From: a virus
Taxonomy: Duplodnaviria > Caudoviricetes
Virus record (IMG/VR): IMGVR_UViG_3300032303_000488
Span: 18,994 to 82,993 of that record
Strand: one strand, 5' to 3'
DNA: 64,000 nucleotides
Part shown: one piece after another, positions 19,681-30,600 of the stretch
How the letters are laid out: every line of letters begins with the position of its first letter
How positions within the stretch are numbered: the first letter of the stretch is position 1
Made by a program: the position numbers and the translations under genes
The notes under the pieces: model-generated
The model's input: only the letters and a program-made list of their open reading frames with translations
Database searches by the model: none
What the model was told of the DNA's origin: nothing

Positions 19681-22600
19681 TATGATACCTCACTTAAATA
19701 TATAATTGTTGAAGGACCAGTTTCTGCTGTTTGATGCTCAATAGCATACACAACAAAGTTGTTGTCGGTTACAGTGTTAGGCAAAGTTTTGTTTGTGTCA
19801 TAAGAAAACTTAACTAAATCACCTAATTGAATAATTGGCATACCAAATATTTCAACAGCAACTGCTTTTCTAGGTTTAGATATTCTAGTAATTATATATT
19901 CCATTAATTCTTTTGCAGTATCTTCACTTTGAATATACGGAGAATCAATTGCAAAGGCTTTATTGCCATATGTAACTCTATTATTTTTAATATCTGTGTA
20001 TGTATTTTTATATACCTGCGAAGTATAATCACTGTTTGAAGAAAAATTACTACGATTAGTGTAAAATCCATCTACCGTTAATTCTCTTGCAATTTCTTCT
20101 GTATAGGCAACTCCAACAATGTTTAAAGTTGTGTCAATACTATCTCCGTTACCTAACCCCAAAGCAAAGTCAGAAGTATTAAAAACTAAAAATTCTGCAC
20201 GATAGGGTGTGCTGTTATATCCAGCAATTAAGTATTGTGCAAGTGCTGCTGGTTGCGGTGCTATTTTAGAACGTAATGCTGGATATGCTTTATCAAATTT
20301 AACGTTAAGATATGCACACTCTCTCATAATTGTTCCAAACTCTTCGTAGTAAATGCTATTCTCAGGAATTTCAGAAGGGGATAGACTAGATAAAAATCCT
20401 GTTCTTACTAGGGAGTTTACAGAATATTGGCTATAACTTAAATTTGAAGTTTTGTCGCCATTAAAAATTTCTGAAGATGCTTTAACTTCTGATGCCGCTG
20501 GCTTTTTCTTTAAAGTTTTTATAGCATAAACATTGTTAAACATTACTTGAGAAGAACCTCTTGTAAACAAAGATATGTTTTGAGATATTCCGTTTGTTAC
20601 TGGTTCCTTATCTTGAACAGTTCCAAGAAGTCCACCATTAAAATAAAGAGATACTCTCCAATCTTTATTATTTATTTTATTAACTTTAATTCCTAAATCA
20701 TAAATTGAATCTTCTGTTGAGTCTTGCAACTTTTTTACTTTAGAAGCAAACTTGCCAGAATCAACTAAAATATTTTGAAATCCTGAATAAAGAACTGTTG
20801 GTTTTAATATACCACCTACAAGGTTTAGTCTATAAAAAAGAATTGTTTTTGTATCTATAGAATCTGTGATTATAAAATTTTTAGTATCTGCATAATTTAA
20901 AGCAACTATTTCGTAGTAGTATCCTTCACCAGAGGTGTTTGTTAATATTCCAATTCCTCCAGATTCTCCATTAACTGGACCACTTAGATTTGTAGAAGTG
21001 TATAGTGGATAACTTCCAGAAAGTTTTTGTTTATCTAATTTGTTTCCTTTTTCATCAGTTTCTTGTGGTGTACCTAGCAACCTTAGTGTAGTGCCAAATA
21101 TATCATAGGCTACAGTTGTTCCCAAATCTTTTTTTACATAATTTATTGATGGACCATTGTTAGATTTAACTGAAAAATTTGGTCCAGACAATAAAAGTGC
21201 AGATGCTTGTAAAGAACCCGAATGCTCATAATTTTTTGTGTTTACGTTGTATTTTGGTAAACTTAAAAAGTTTTTAATTGTTGTTTTTGGTGGCTTCATT
21301 TTAGTATTTTTTAAATTTGTTTTATTAGCAACTATATCATTTGTAATTGTTGAAGATGTTTTGGAATTAAAAAGATATTGCCAATCTGTAACTAATGGTT
21401 CTATAGGGTTTTTCCAATTATAATCTAATTCTTTTTCAGTTGCTGTATGGTCTGTAATAGTTGTGCCAAATTGTCCACGACCATGTTTTGCAATTGTATT
21501 TTCTACATATGTTCCGTCAGAGTTATATTTTGGTTCTGCATAGATTCTAATTATTCCAGTAGGATACATTTTTTGATTAAGAGATAACTCAGAATAGTAT
21601 TTGATGTAGTCGTTATCATTTTGAATCCATACTTTTTGATTTCCAGCACTATATTGTATGGCATCATATCTAATAATTTCTCCATTTGCATAAAGATATC
21701 CGCTTGGTCTAGCCATCCAATAAACATTATCTCCAAAATCTATTTCATTATATTTAATTTCTTGATTAACAACTTTTGGTATTGACGTTGTTAATTTTGA
21801 TGCCAATGGCATTGCAGTTAAAACATATCCATTTGCAGTTATGTCTTCTCCATTTGGAGATTTAATTATTTTTTCTTGTCTATCATTTATTGACCACAAA
21901 ACTACCTGCTCATAAGATAAGTATTTTTCTTTATCTAATAAACTTTCCGATGATACTTGATTTGATTGTTTTTTAATATAACGATTATAATAAGTTATTT
22001 TTCCATCATTATAAATATCATTTGATTGTGATGATATGTTTATAATATTTGTTTTTTTGGTACCAGTGTCAAAACCGTAAATTGTAGTATTATAGTCTCT
22101 ATCTGCTGGGCTGTCTGGTACTAAATATTTTTTGCTCATAACGATAAAGTTGTTTGACTCGTCAAAGAACATGGTTGTTTGTGTTGCAATGGCAATGTCC
22201 TGCAGAACCTGCATAACTGTTTTGTTTGGTGAAATAAAGAAATTAGGAATAACGGTATCTTGCTCATCATTTAATCTTTTAAATGAATAATTAGAAAAAC
22301 CAATTGAGTCTAATAATGTTGCAATAATATAACTTGTTGAGGCATTTGTTAAAAATATTTCTGGGGCTATTTGAGATTCAAGTTGAAATACAAAATCTCT
22401 TAATGTTATTTTTAAATTTCTGTTAGAGTCATCATATTGAGGAAAACCATCTGCATACATTGTTTTTAAAGGAACATGATAGTCTTTATAACTATTGTCT
22501 GTTTGTTTTACTTTAGATATGGTTTCATAGAATTTTAATTGCAAATTTTTGGTAACAAAACTAAATTGCAAGTCATTTCCACTATAGGTATTTAATAAAC

Positions 22601-24050
22601 TGTTTTCATTATTTTGATTAAATACTGCGTTGTAGTCAAAGATAGACAATTCTCCGTTAGATGCTAGTAGTTGTCCTACTGGTAGAGAACTTACCCCTAA
22701 GTCTGATGCATATTTTTTTAATGAGAATGAAGATGTTACATCTGTTAAGTCTACCGCCAATCTTGGAGAAAGTTCTATGAGGTCAAATATTGTTCTTTTA
22801 TTTTTCATGCTAGTTACAACAATTCTTAAACCATTTACATATTCAAACTCTCTGTATGTTAAAATATCATTTTCTGTATAACTTGGTGTCAAACTTTTGT
22901 CTAATTCTTTTAGAAACAATTGAGCATTTGATATTGAATCTTCGCTTCTATACCACCCATAAGTTGGAGTTATTGCAACATAATTACTCAAGGTTGTCAA
23001 ACTTGTTCCACCATTATGAATATAAATAGTTCCTTTGTCCGTGTTTGATGATTTAACTAAGTATGATTGTCCAGCAAAAGTTTCTCCAGTCATGCTCGGT
23101 AGTGAGGATGTTGAAGCCAGTGTCCCAAGCAGTAAAAATTTATCTTTATAGGTTGTAAGAATTTCTGAATTTGTTAATCCGTAAGAAAGTTCAAAGTATC
23201 CGTCCCAACCAGCATCTAAAGTAAACTGGTCTGAAGTTGTAGAATAAATGTCTACCCAAGTATTACTGCTATTTAATTTTTGAACTTTCCAGGACAGTGG
23301 GGTAGATTTATAATTAACGGTAGAGTTAATAAAAAATGGGTCTTTGTTTGTAGGACTAGCAGGACTAATCAATGCCCCACTATCAATAGTACTCACATTT
23401 GTCTGAAGTTTTATAACAACTTTATTTGTTGGAATTTGATTTTTATAAACTACAAAAGGTGCTGCGTCTTGGATTAGAGAAGGACTGTCGGATGTTGAAA
23501 TACCAAAATCAATATTTCCACTAGTTCTAAATGATGACCAATATTTAAAATTGTCATTTTTACCTGCTGGATAATATCTTGGTCTTGCAAAGATACTGCT
23601 TGAATATGCTGGCAAGATGTATTTTCCATTTTCCCTTCCCCTTAATTTATTAATTCCAGAACGTGGTCTAAATTTTTTGAAACAATCTTCTAAAGACATT
23701 AAGTTTTTTTGTCTTTCGTTTGATGACAAAAAATTTACTGGTGTTGCACTTTCATTTGTATAGCCACCATCGATTGTAGTATCGTAATCTGTAAAACCAT
23801 ACCAAGTTCTATTTGCAACTAAAGTGTTTTCGTCTTCAAATACCCAAGTATTTGGAAGAGTGTTTGCAGGACTACCAGAAGTTGGTCTATTTTTATAGTT
23901 ACCAATTGATTTAATATTTTCAAAAATATTTAAATTCCATTCGGCAAGTACTTTGCTTTTTGTTTCAATGGATGCCGATTCTTGCAGATGATTTGTTAAA
24001 GCGGTATTGGTATACACTATGCTTCCTCCAGCGTCATAGAGATGTTCCAC
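19680..24050 (-). CDS. Large tail-tip / hub protein (1456 aa)
   Basis: Second gene after the TMP; C-terminal IDSPYIQ..GMPIIQLGDLV resembles tail-tip hub ends. Confidence 0.7.
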   Translation of the reverse strand: MEHLYDAGGSIVYTNTALTNHLQESASIETKSKVLAEWNLNIFENIKSIGNYKNRPTSGSPANTLPNTWVFEDENTLVANRTWYGFTDYDTTIDGGYTNESATPVNFLSSNERQKNLMSLEDCFKKFRPRSGINKLRGRENGKYILPAYSSSIFARPRYYPAGKNDNFKYWSSFRTSGNIDFGISTSDSPSLIQDAAPFVVYKNQIPTNKVVIKLQTNVSTIDSGALISPASPTNKDPFFINSTVNYKSTPLSWKVQKLNSSNTWVDIYSTTSDQFTLDAGWDGYFELSYGLTNSEILTTYKDKFLLLGTLASTSSLPSMTGETFAGQSYLVKSSNTDKGTIYIHNGGTSLTTLSNYVAITPTYGWYRSEDSISNAQLFLKELDKSLTPSYTENDILTYREFEYVNGLRIVVTSMKNKRTIFDLIELSPRLAVDLTDVTSSFSLKKYASDLGVSSLPVGQLLASNGELSIFDYNAVFNQNNENSLLNTYSGNDLQFSFVTKNLQLKFYETISKVKQTDNSYKDYHVPLKTMYADGFPQYDDSNRNLKITLRDFVFQLESQIAPEIFLTNASTSYIIATLLDSIGFSNYSFKRLNDEQDTVIPNFFISPNKTVMQVLQDIAIATQTTMFFDESNNFIVMSKKYLVPDSPADRDYNTTIYGFDTGTKKTNIINISSQSNDIYNDGKITYYNRYIKKQSNQVSSESLLDKEKYLSYEQVVLWSINDRQEKIIKSPNGEDITANGYVLTAMPLASKLTTSIPKVVNQEIKYNEIDFGDNVYWMARPSGYLYANGEIIRYDAIQYSAGNQKVWIQNDNDYIKYYSELSLNQKMYPTGIIRIYAEPKYNSDGTYVENTIAKHGRGQFGTTITDHTATEKELDYNWKNPIEPLVTDWQYLFNSKTSSTITNDIVANKTNLKNTKMKPPKTTIKNFLSLPKYNVNTKNYEHSGSLQASALLLSGPNFSVKSNNGPSINYVKKDLGTTVAYDIFGTTLRLLGTPQETDEKGNKLDKQKLSGSYPLYTSTNLSGPVNGESGGIGILTNTSGEGYYYEIVALNYADTKNFIITDSIDTKTILFYRLNLVGGILKPTVLYSGFQNILVDSGKFASKVKKLQDSTEDSIYDLGIKVNKINNKDWRVSLYFNGGLLGTVQDKEPVTNGISQNISLFTRGSSQVMFNNVYAIKTLKKKPAASEVKASSEIFNGDKTSNLSYSQYSVNSLVRTGFLSSLSPSEIPENSIYYEEFGTIMRECAYLNVKFDKAYPALRSKIAPQPAALAQYLIAGYNSTPYRAEFLVFNTSDFALGLGNGDSIDTTLNIVGVAYTEEIARELTVDGFYTNRSNFSSNSDYTSQVYKNTYTDIKNNRVTYGNKAFAIDSPYIQSEDTAKELMEYIITRISKPRKAVAVEIFGMPIIQLGDLVKFSYDTNKTLPNTVTDNNFVVYAIEHQTAETGPSTIIYLSEVS

Positions 24051-24631
24051 ATGTCAAAGTTAGTACCCCCACGTTTTTGAACACTCCAAGTAAAATCTGT
24101 AATATACATTTCTAAAACTTCTTGATATTGAGCCAAATGCGTATAAGCAGCATCATTTCTGCCAAACTCATTAAACTTATCGTACGCTAAGAAAACATAA
24201 AAAGTTCCATAATGTTTTTCATACCAATCCAACAGTTCAACACCGCCAGCACCCCCATCTACCGTGTTTTTATCTACAAGGCTGGTTGGAAGACCTGTTG
24301 TTGTATCTATATTTGGGTCAGCACTGAATGACCTTGATGGCAACATATCCCAAGATACTGACAATGTTCTTTTGTCTGCAATCCAGTAAGAACGCATACG
24401 ACCATTAACCATACGTTGACGATTTTCAATTCTTTGTACTCCAAAATCAAGGGAACTTCTGCTGTGGTCTGACAAAACTATAAAACTACCAGTGTCATTT
24501 AAAGAATTATTAATTTCATATCCAGAAGGAACATATGAGCCACCAGATAGTTCTCCTGCGTCCTCGGAAAAAAGAATAGCCTGTGGTCTAGCATACTGCT
24601 TTCTAGCATTCATGTATGTTGAATTGGTCAT
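24017..24631 (-). CDS. Distal tail (Dit-like) protein
   Basis: Directly after the TMP; beta-rich, 204 aa. Confidence 0.6.
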   Translation of the reverse strand: MTNSTYMNARKQYARPQAILFSEDAGELSGGSYVPSGYEINNSLNDTGSFIVLSDHSRSSLDFGVQRIENRQRMVNGRMRSYWIADKRTLSVSWDMLPSRSFSADPNIDTTTGLPTSLVDKNTVDGGAGGVELLDWYEKHYGTFYVFLAYDKFNEFGRNDAAYTHLAQYQEVLEMYITDFTWSVQKRGGTNFDMWNISMTLEEA

Positions 24632-27600
24632 CCGTTCAATCCTCTTATTCTTCCATTGTCAATCTGTCTAATCTTAGTCATTACCGCATTTGCTATCTGG
24701 TCTGGGTTTGAATTAGAACTTACATTGACGTTTATTTCATATGTGTTACTATTATACACTGAATCTCCTGCTACCGCTGATACTCCGCCCACAAGTCCAC
24801 CATCTGCATATCCATTAATCTTGTTAAGAGTTCCTGAACCAATTCTATCCACCGCTGACTTCTTAATAACAAATTCTCCTGGAGTAAGCATAGCAGGAAC
24901 TGTATCTGTTCCCATAGCAAATCCACCATTTGCATATCCACCTTGGGCAAGGTATGAAGGAACCATTCCTCCACGAGAAAATCCTCCAAAGAATTTACCA
25001 TTAAGAACCATTCCACCATTAGCATATTGTGTAGGAGCAGGTTCTGGATTAGGCATAACAAATCCACCAGTGGCATATCTATTTGGGAAGAGTCTACCAA
25101 AAAGATTTTTCATAGGTGCTTTAGAATCTTTAGAAGGAAGCACCGAATCAATAAACTGTTTACCAGGATTTACTGTAATGCCTATTCCCTTAATACCCAA
25201 CGAATCAAGTAACGCTTTCAATGCAGCCTTTCGTTCTGCCAAATCTGCTGCAATTTTTTCTACAGCCTGTGGTCCAAATCTATCAGTAGGATTTAGCATA
25301 ATGGATTCTATATCTTTTACAGTAAATCCTCCAGGAAGATGTGCCTCAATATATGGGAAACTTGCTGGAGTCTTGATACCAGGAATTTCTTTACGCATAA
25401 TATTTTGAGTAGATTCAAGAAGTCCGTGCATTGTTGGGTATGTTGAGAATATTGATGATAATTTTTGCACACCTGGATTTCTTTGTCCTAGTCTGAGTGC
25501 TTGGTCCCAAATTGAAAGACTATCTCCCATAGAAACTGTTGCCTTACCCAAAGTGCTAGGCTTTAGTTTTATGGTGTTGTCTCCATATCTCTGAACGTAT
25601 CTACTAAACGGATTTACAAGTTGATTAAAATTATTGATTGCCTGTTGAGAAGGAGTTTGCTTACCACGATTCCAAATAGAACCTTCGGTCATAAGCATGT
25701 CTTCTTTTGTTGTCAGGAATCCGTATGCTGGTGTTTGCTTTGAAGTAGCATTTGCAGGAATACCCATCATGTTTTGTTCAACTGCTATTCTGTTCATTAG
25801 ACTATCTGAGGTAGAACTTCTAATACCAGGAACTCTCATGTTGCCATAGAAGTTATCCTTAAGCATGTTGTGCAGTGCGTCATTGGAAAGATTAAACCCT
25901 AATGTTGGTGTAAGTTTTTTAACCTTGCTGGCAATTCCCTGTGTTCCACTAACCATACCAACACCTGATTCATAGAATTTATCCGCCCAAGTTCCCAAAG
26001 CCGCCAAAGCATTTTTACCACCACGAATACCCAAACCTGTTTTAAGAAAATTACCTACTACTCCCAAACCTTTTCCAGCAAATTTTGCTAAAGAACCACC
26101 AAAGGCTCCAAGTGGTGCAAGAAGTGCATTTAGAATACCTCCGCCAACATCACCTTGACCAAAAGCGGTAGCAGAATCTCCTGCAAGCATTCCAGCACCA
26201 ATACCTGGAGTAAAATATGCGGCAGTTCTTCCAAATTCCATAAGACCAGAGTCATCGTGTGCCAAAGCCCATCGTTGTCTTCTTACTACAGGGTCTTCTA
26301 TTTTTAGCCATTCACCATTATTCCAAGGCTCGTCAAAGAAACTTGATGGATGCCATTTGCCATAAGCATCTAAACCTCCAGGGTCTCTAGGCTTAGGCTT
26401 AGGTTTACCACCATCTTTGTATCCAACCAAACCACCATTGGCAAATTTTTGCATTGGATTTTTTGATGCATTTTGAAGTCTATAGAATAAGTCTCTCAAA
26501 CCACCAGTCATACCAGATTGCATATCTCCAGTTTTTGCTGTCAGATTCATAAATTTTGCTAGTTCTGGATTATTTTTAATCATATCCTGAATAAGAGGAT
26601 TTGTTTTAGCATTAATTGCAGCAATATTGATAGGGTCTAATCCACTCTTTTTTAAATCAAAACCTAACATGTTTGCTATTTTATTTATTTGTGGTGTAAG
26701 ACTCTTTTTATGTGTTAGACTATCTGTAAATTTAGATGATTGGAATCCTCCAAAAAAATATGCATCTTTAAAATCTGCTGCACTTATTTCAGAAAGTCCA
26801 TTCTTTTTAAGAATGTCATTTGTTTGACGTAAATTAAATCCTGAAGATTTCATGGCTTCTACAATGCTTGATGTTCTTTGTGCAAGTTCTTTAGTAAATA
26901 GATAGTCTACAGAATCTTGTCCTTCTGCAGTTAATGATGTAATTCCTAAATCAATATTTTCAAATCTTTTTGTTTTTTTATTAAACAAAATATTCATTCC
27001 ATGAGTATCACTATTACCTAAAAGTGCATTTGTTGGTAATGCTTCATCAATATATTTTCTTAACGCTTTAGCAAGGGTGTTAGCACCCTCAACTTTATTT
27101 GGTGCATCATTAATATATTTTCTTAACCATCCTTGTGAAGAAGGAATTAGGTCTGGAATAATCTTACTTCCAACAGTTGTTCTATTAAGCATTTGAAGTT
27201 TTGGTCCACCCAAACCTAATTTAGCCCAAATAGTTGAACCAATGAATTCTCCTGTTGTTTCAACAGTAGTGTCTGGTCTTTTTACATAATACTTTTCTCC
27301 ATTAATTATTCTATATGCACCAGGGGTTGCTCCTTCTGCCTCATTCAACAAATGTGTTGGAGTTATCTTTAAACCTTTTTTGGGTGTCTTTAATACTAGA
27401 GGGAATCCAAATGCTTGTGCTGCTTTTTTACCTACTCCCTTTACCGCCCCAGGCACAGCAGCAAAAGCATAATCTATTGGGTCTGTTGGGTCAAATATAA
27501 AATCTTTATAGAATTGACTTGTATTCTTTGCACCAGTCTTAATTGTTTTTGCAGCGGTATTATTTAGATAAGCACTAGGATTTCCACCACCAGCATAAGT

Positions 27601-30600
27601 ACCATTAATTAATCCTTGAAGCCAACCCATAGGGTCCAAGAATGGGTTAGGTGCACCTGTATCTCTTTTTACCATTCCTCCAGGAGCATATCCGACCATG
27701 CCACCATTGGCAAAAAGTTTAGTCATGTTTCCAAGTAGACCACCCATTCCATTTCCACCATACATGTGATTTTCTATTAGAGAAATTGGTGCTCCCCCTC
27801 CAGTATATAGTGGTTTCTTTTTCTTAGGGAATATTCTAGGAATACCAGATTTAGGTGGGAATGGCTCTTTACTTCCTGGAATCCAAATTCTAGAATTTCT
27901 GTATAGTCTACGTTCCTTACCAGTTTCTGGGTCAATGTTTGACTTAAGAATTCTTGACCACCAAGAACCAACTTCCATTCCGCCAGGAAGTGTGCTTTCT
28001 GCTGTAGACCAATAACTTTCTCCGTGACTTACAACCCACCTACCCTTTTCATCCCATTGTGGTGCAGGGCGTGGACCAATATATCCACCATCTGCATAGC
28101 CATTGTAGCCACCATTTTTAAAGTGACGAACCATACCTCCATCTGCATATTTTGGAGTATTTGGAGATAATGTTGGATGTAAATTTACAACATTAGGATT
28201 AGTATAATATGAATTCCAGGCTTTTTCCTGAGCCTTATCAGTAAACATTGATTTCTTTGTAAGTAAATTTGTATTTAGTCCAAGTGTTTTAAATCCTTCT
28301 GCTACTTTGTCTGGTCCCCAAAGTCTAGACATAGCACTTGCTAAGATTTTTGCTTCTGCTTTATCTAATCCATTATAATTTCCATACATCTTATTAGCAA
28401 TAAGATTATTTCTTGCAGACAAATCTTTTCTACCAGGAATAAATCCAGTCCAATAATTATCTTGTGCAATTTTATCAATATATGGGACACCTAATCTTCT
28501 AGATTCAATCAAGGCTTTGTAATATTTTATTGTTCCAGCAACCGAAGTAAAAGACGCACTTTCATTTGTTCCATCTTTAAAGTCAACCAATGACCTTTGT
28601 CCCTTAACGTGGCTAGGTCCTCTTCCATTATACCAACCCTTGTTTGCGTCACCAAGATTATATCCAAACAATGATTTTTCAAAGAAATTGTGTGAGTAAT
28701 TATACCATCTTGGGTCATCTGCTCTGGTTATTGGTTTTGCTAAATCATCTAACGTATATGGCTTGGGCTTAGGCTTCTTTTTAAACTTATCCACCATACC
28801 GCCAGCGGCAAACCCTAGCCTATCTGCTTGGTTTAATTTATCGAGGGTATTTACACCAATAGTCTTTACAGCATTTGCTCTAATAACATATTCTCCATTA
28901 GAAAGCATTGCTGGAATACTGTCGCTTGTTCCGCTACCTGGACCTGTAATGTGACCGCCAATTGCTGCTTTAGGAACTAGTTTTCCATCTACAACATCAT
29001 AGCCTGGAAGATATTTCAGTTGTGCTTTTTGTTTATTTGCTATAAATTGTAAAGGATTGTTCCAAAATTCTGAATTAAAAATATCACCTATACCACCCAA
29101 TTGTTGCATAGTAATATTAAATCCAGCATCCAGATAACCATTAAAATCTTTTTTATTTAATCCTTTTTCAACAACTGGTGCTGTTCCTGCTTGAACTGGT
29201 GTATTAGTTGTAAGTTGAGATGTTAGGTCAGCAATGCTTGCAGATAAATCATTAACAGAATTTGACAATCCTGCTTGACTATCTTGTAATGGTTTTATTT
29301 CTGCTTTTCTAGCATCGTCTAAACCTGTTTTTTGATTATCCAAAGAAGCCTGAATATCATTGTTTTGAATGTTTATTGCTGCCGTAGCCGCAGCAGCAAT
29401 ATCTCCTCTATTTAATGCTTCTGCAAGCGTTAGTTGTCCTTGTTGAGATTTTGCAATTTGTTCATTTAATGTTTTTAATTTTTCAATTTGAGAAATACGT
29501 TTATCATATCTATCATTAATTTTACCTTCAAGTGCTTGAATATCTTCTGTTTGGTTTTGAATTCCTGTAAGTTGTTTCTTTTTTTCATTTATTTTACTAT
29601 TAATTATGTCTTGTTTTTTAATTGCATTGTTAATATTTTTTTCTTGTTGTATTCTTTGCTTATCTCCACCGAATTCTAGGGTATTTAGAATATCCTGAGT
29701 TAATGTAACGCCTTTAAGCATTGCTTCTCCAACCAGTTCTTGTTCTGCCAAAGTTAAGTTTTTTATGGCTTCTGCAGCCTTTGCTGCTTCTGGACCTAAA
29801 CTTGCAAGAGCAGCGTTAAAAAATTCTATTCCTGTTGCATTTGGCATTTTATTTGTAATAGCAATTAATTGTTCATACTCGATATTAAATGTTTTTGTAC
29901 TAATTGTTCCAGTTTGCAATTGTCCAGACAATCCACTAAGGTATGAACCAAAAGTTGCTGCATTTGCTTTTAGTTGTTCTAGATTCTGTTGGTCACGGAA
30001 TACTGGTGTGTCTAAGAATCCCTCTCCCTTGCCAGTTATCTGGTCAGCAATAGTACTTCCATTATTTGACCAGTAACCTCCAAATTCTTTTGTAAAGTTT
30101 TTTGCTGCTTGCTGTGCATTTTGCTTTAATGCTGCCTGACCCTTTGGGTCATTTAGAGAGAATATGTTTTCTGAAATGCTTATCTTTTCTTTTCCTGCTT
30201 CATTCTTAATGGCATCAATAATTGCTTTAACCTGTTCTTTTTCCATACCCTGACCATATAGGTCAACGGCAAGAGCCTTCAAAGCATTTGTAACTTCAAC
30301 ATCAGATAGGCTCTTTAGTTTTTCAGCCTGTGGTTTATACACTTCTTTAAACTGGTCACTGGCTTGGAATTGTTTTGCAATAGATGCTTGTGCTTGTGTC
30401 TGGTCGCTACCAGTTATTTGCATTGCACGAACACCAGTAAGTTTAATATCTGTTCCAAAGAAATCATTTATTTTTGTCAATTTATCTTGAGTAATTTTTA
30501 AAGTTTCTGTAACTGCTGAATATGCATCTGCATTTTTCTTAATAAGTGGAAGAATAATTTTATCGAATGCTTCGTATGCTGTAATTGCTAAACCTACATA

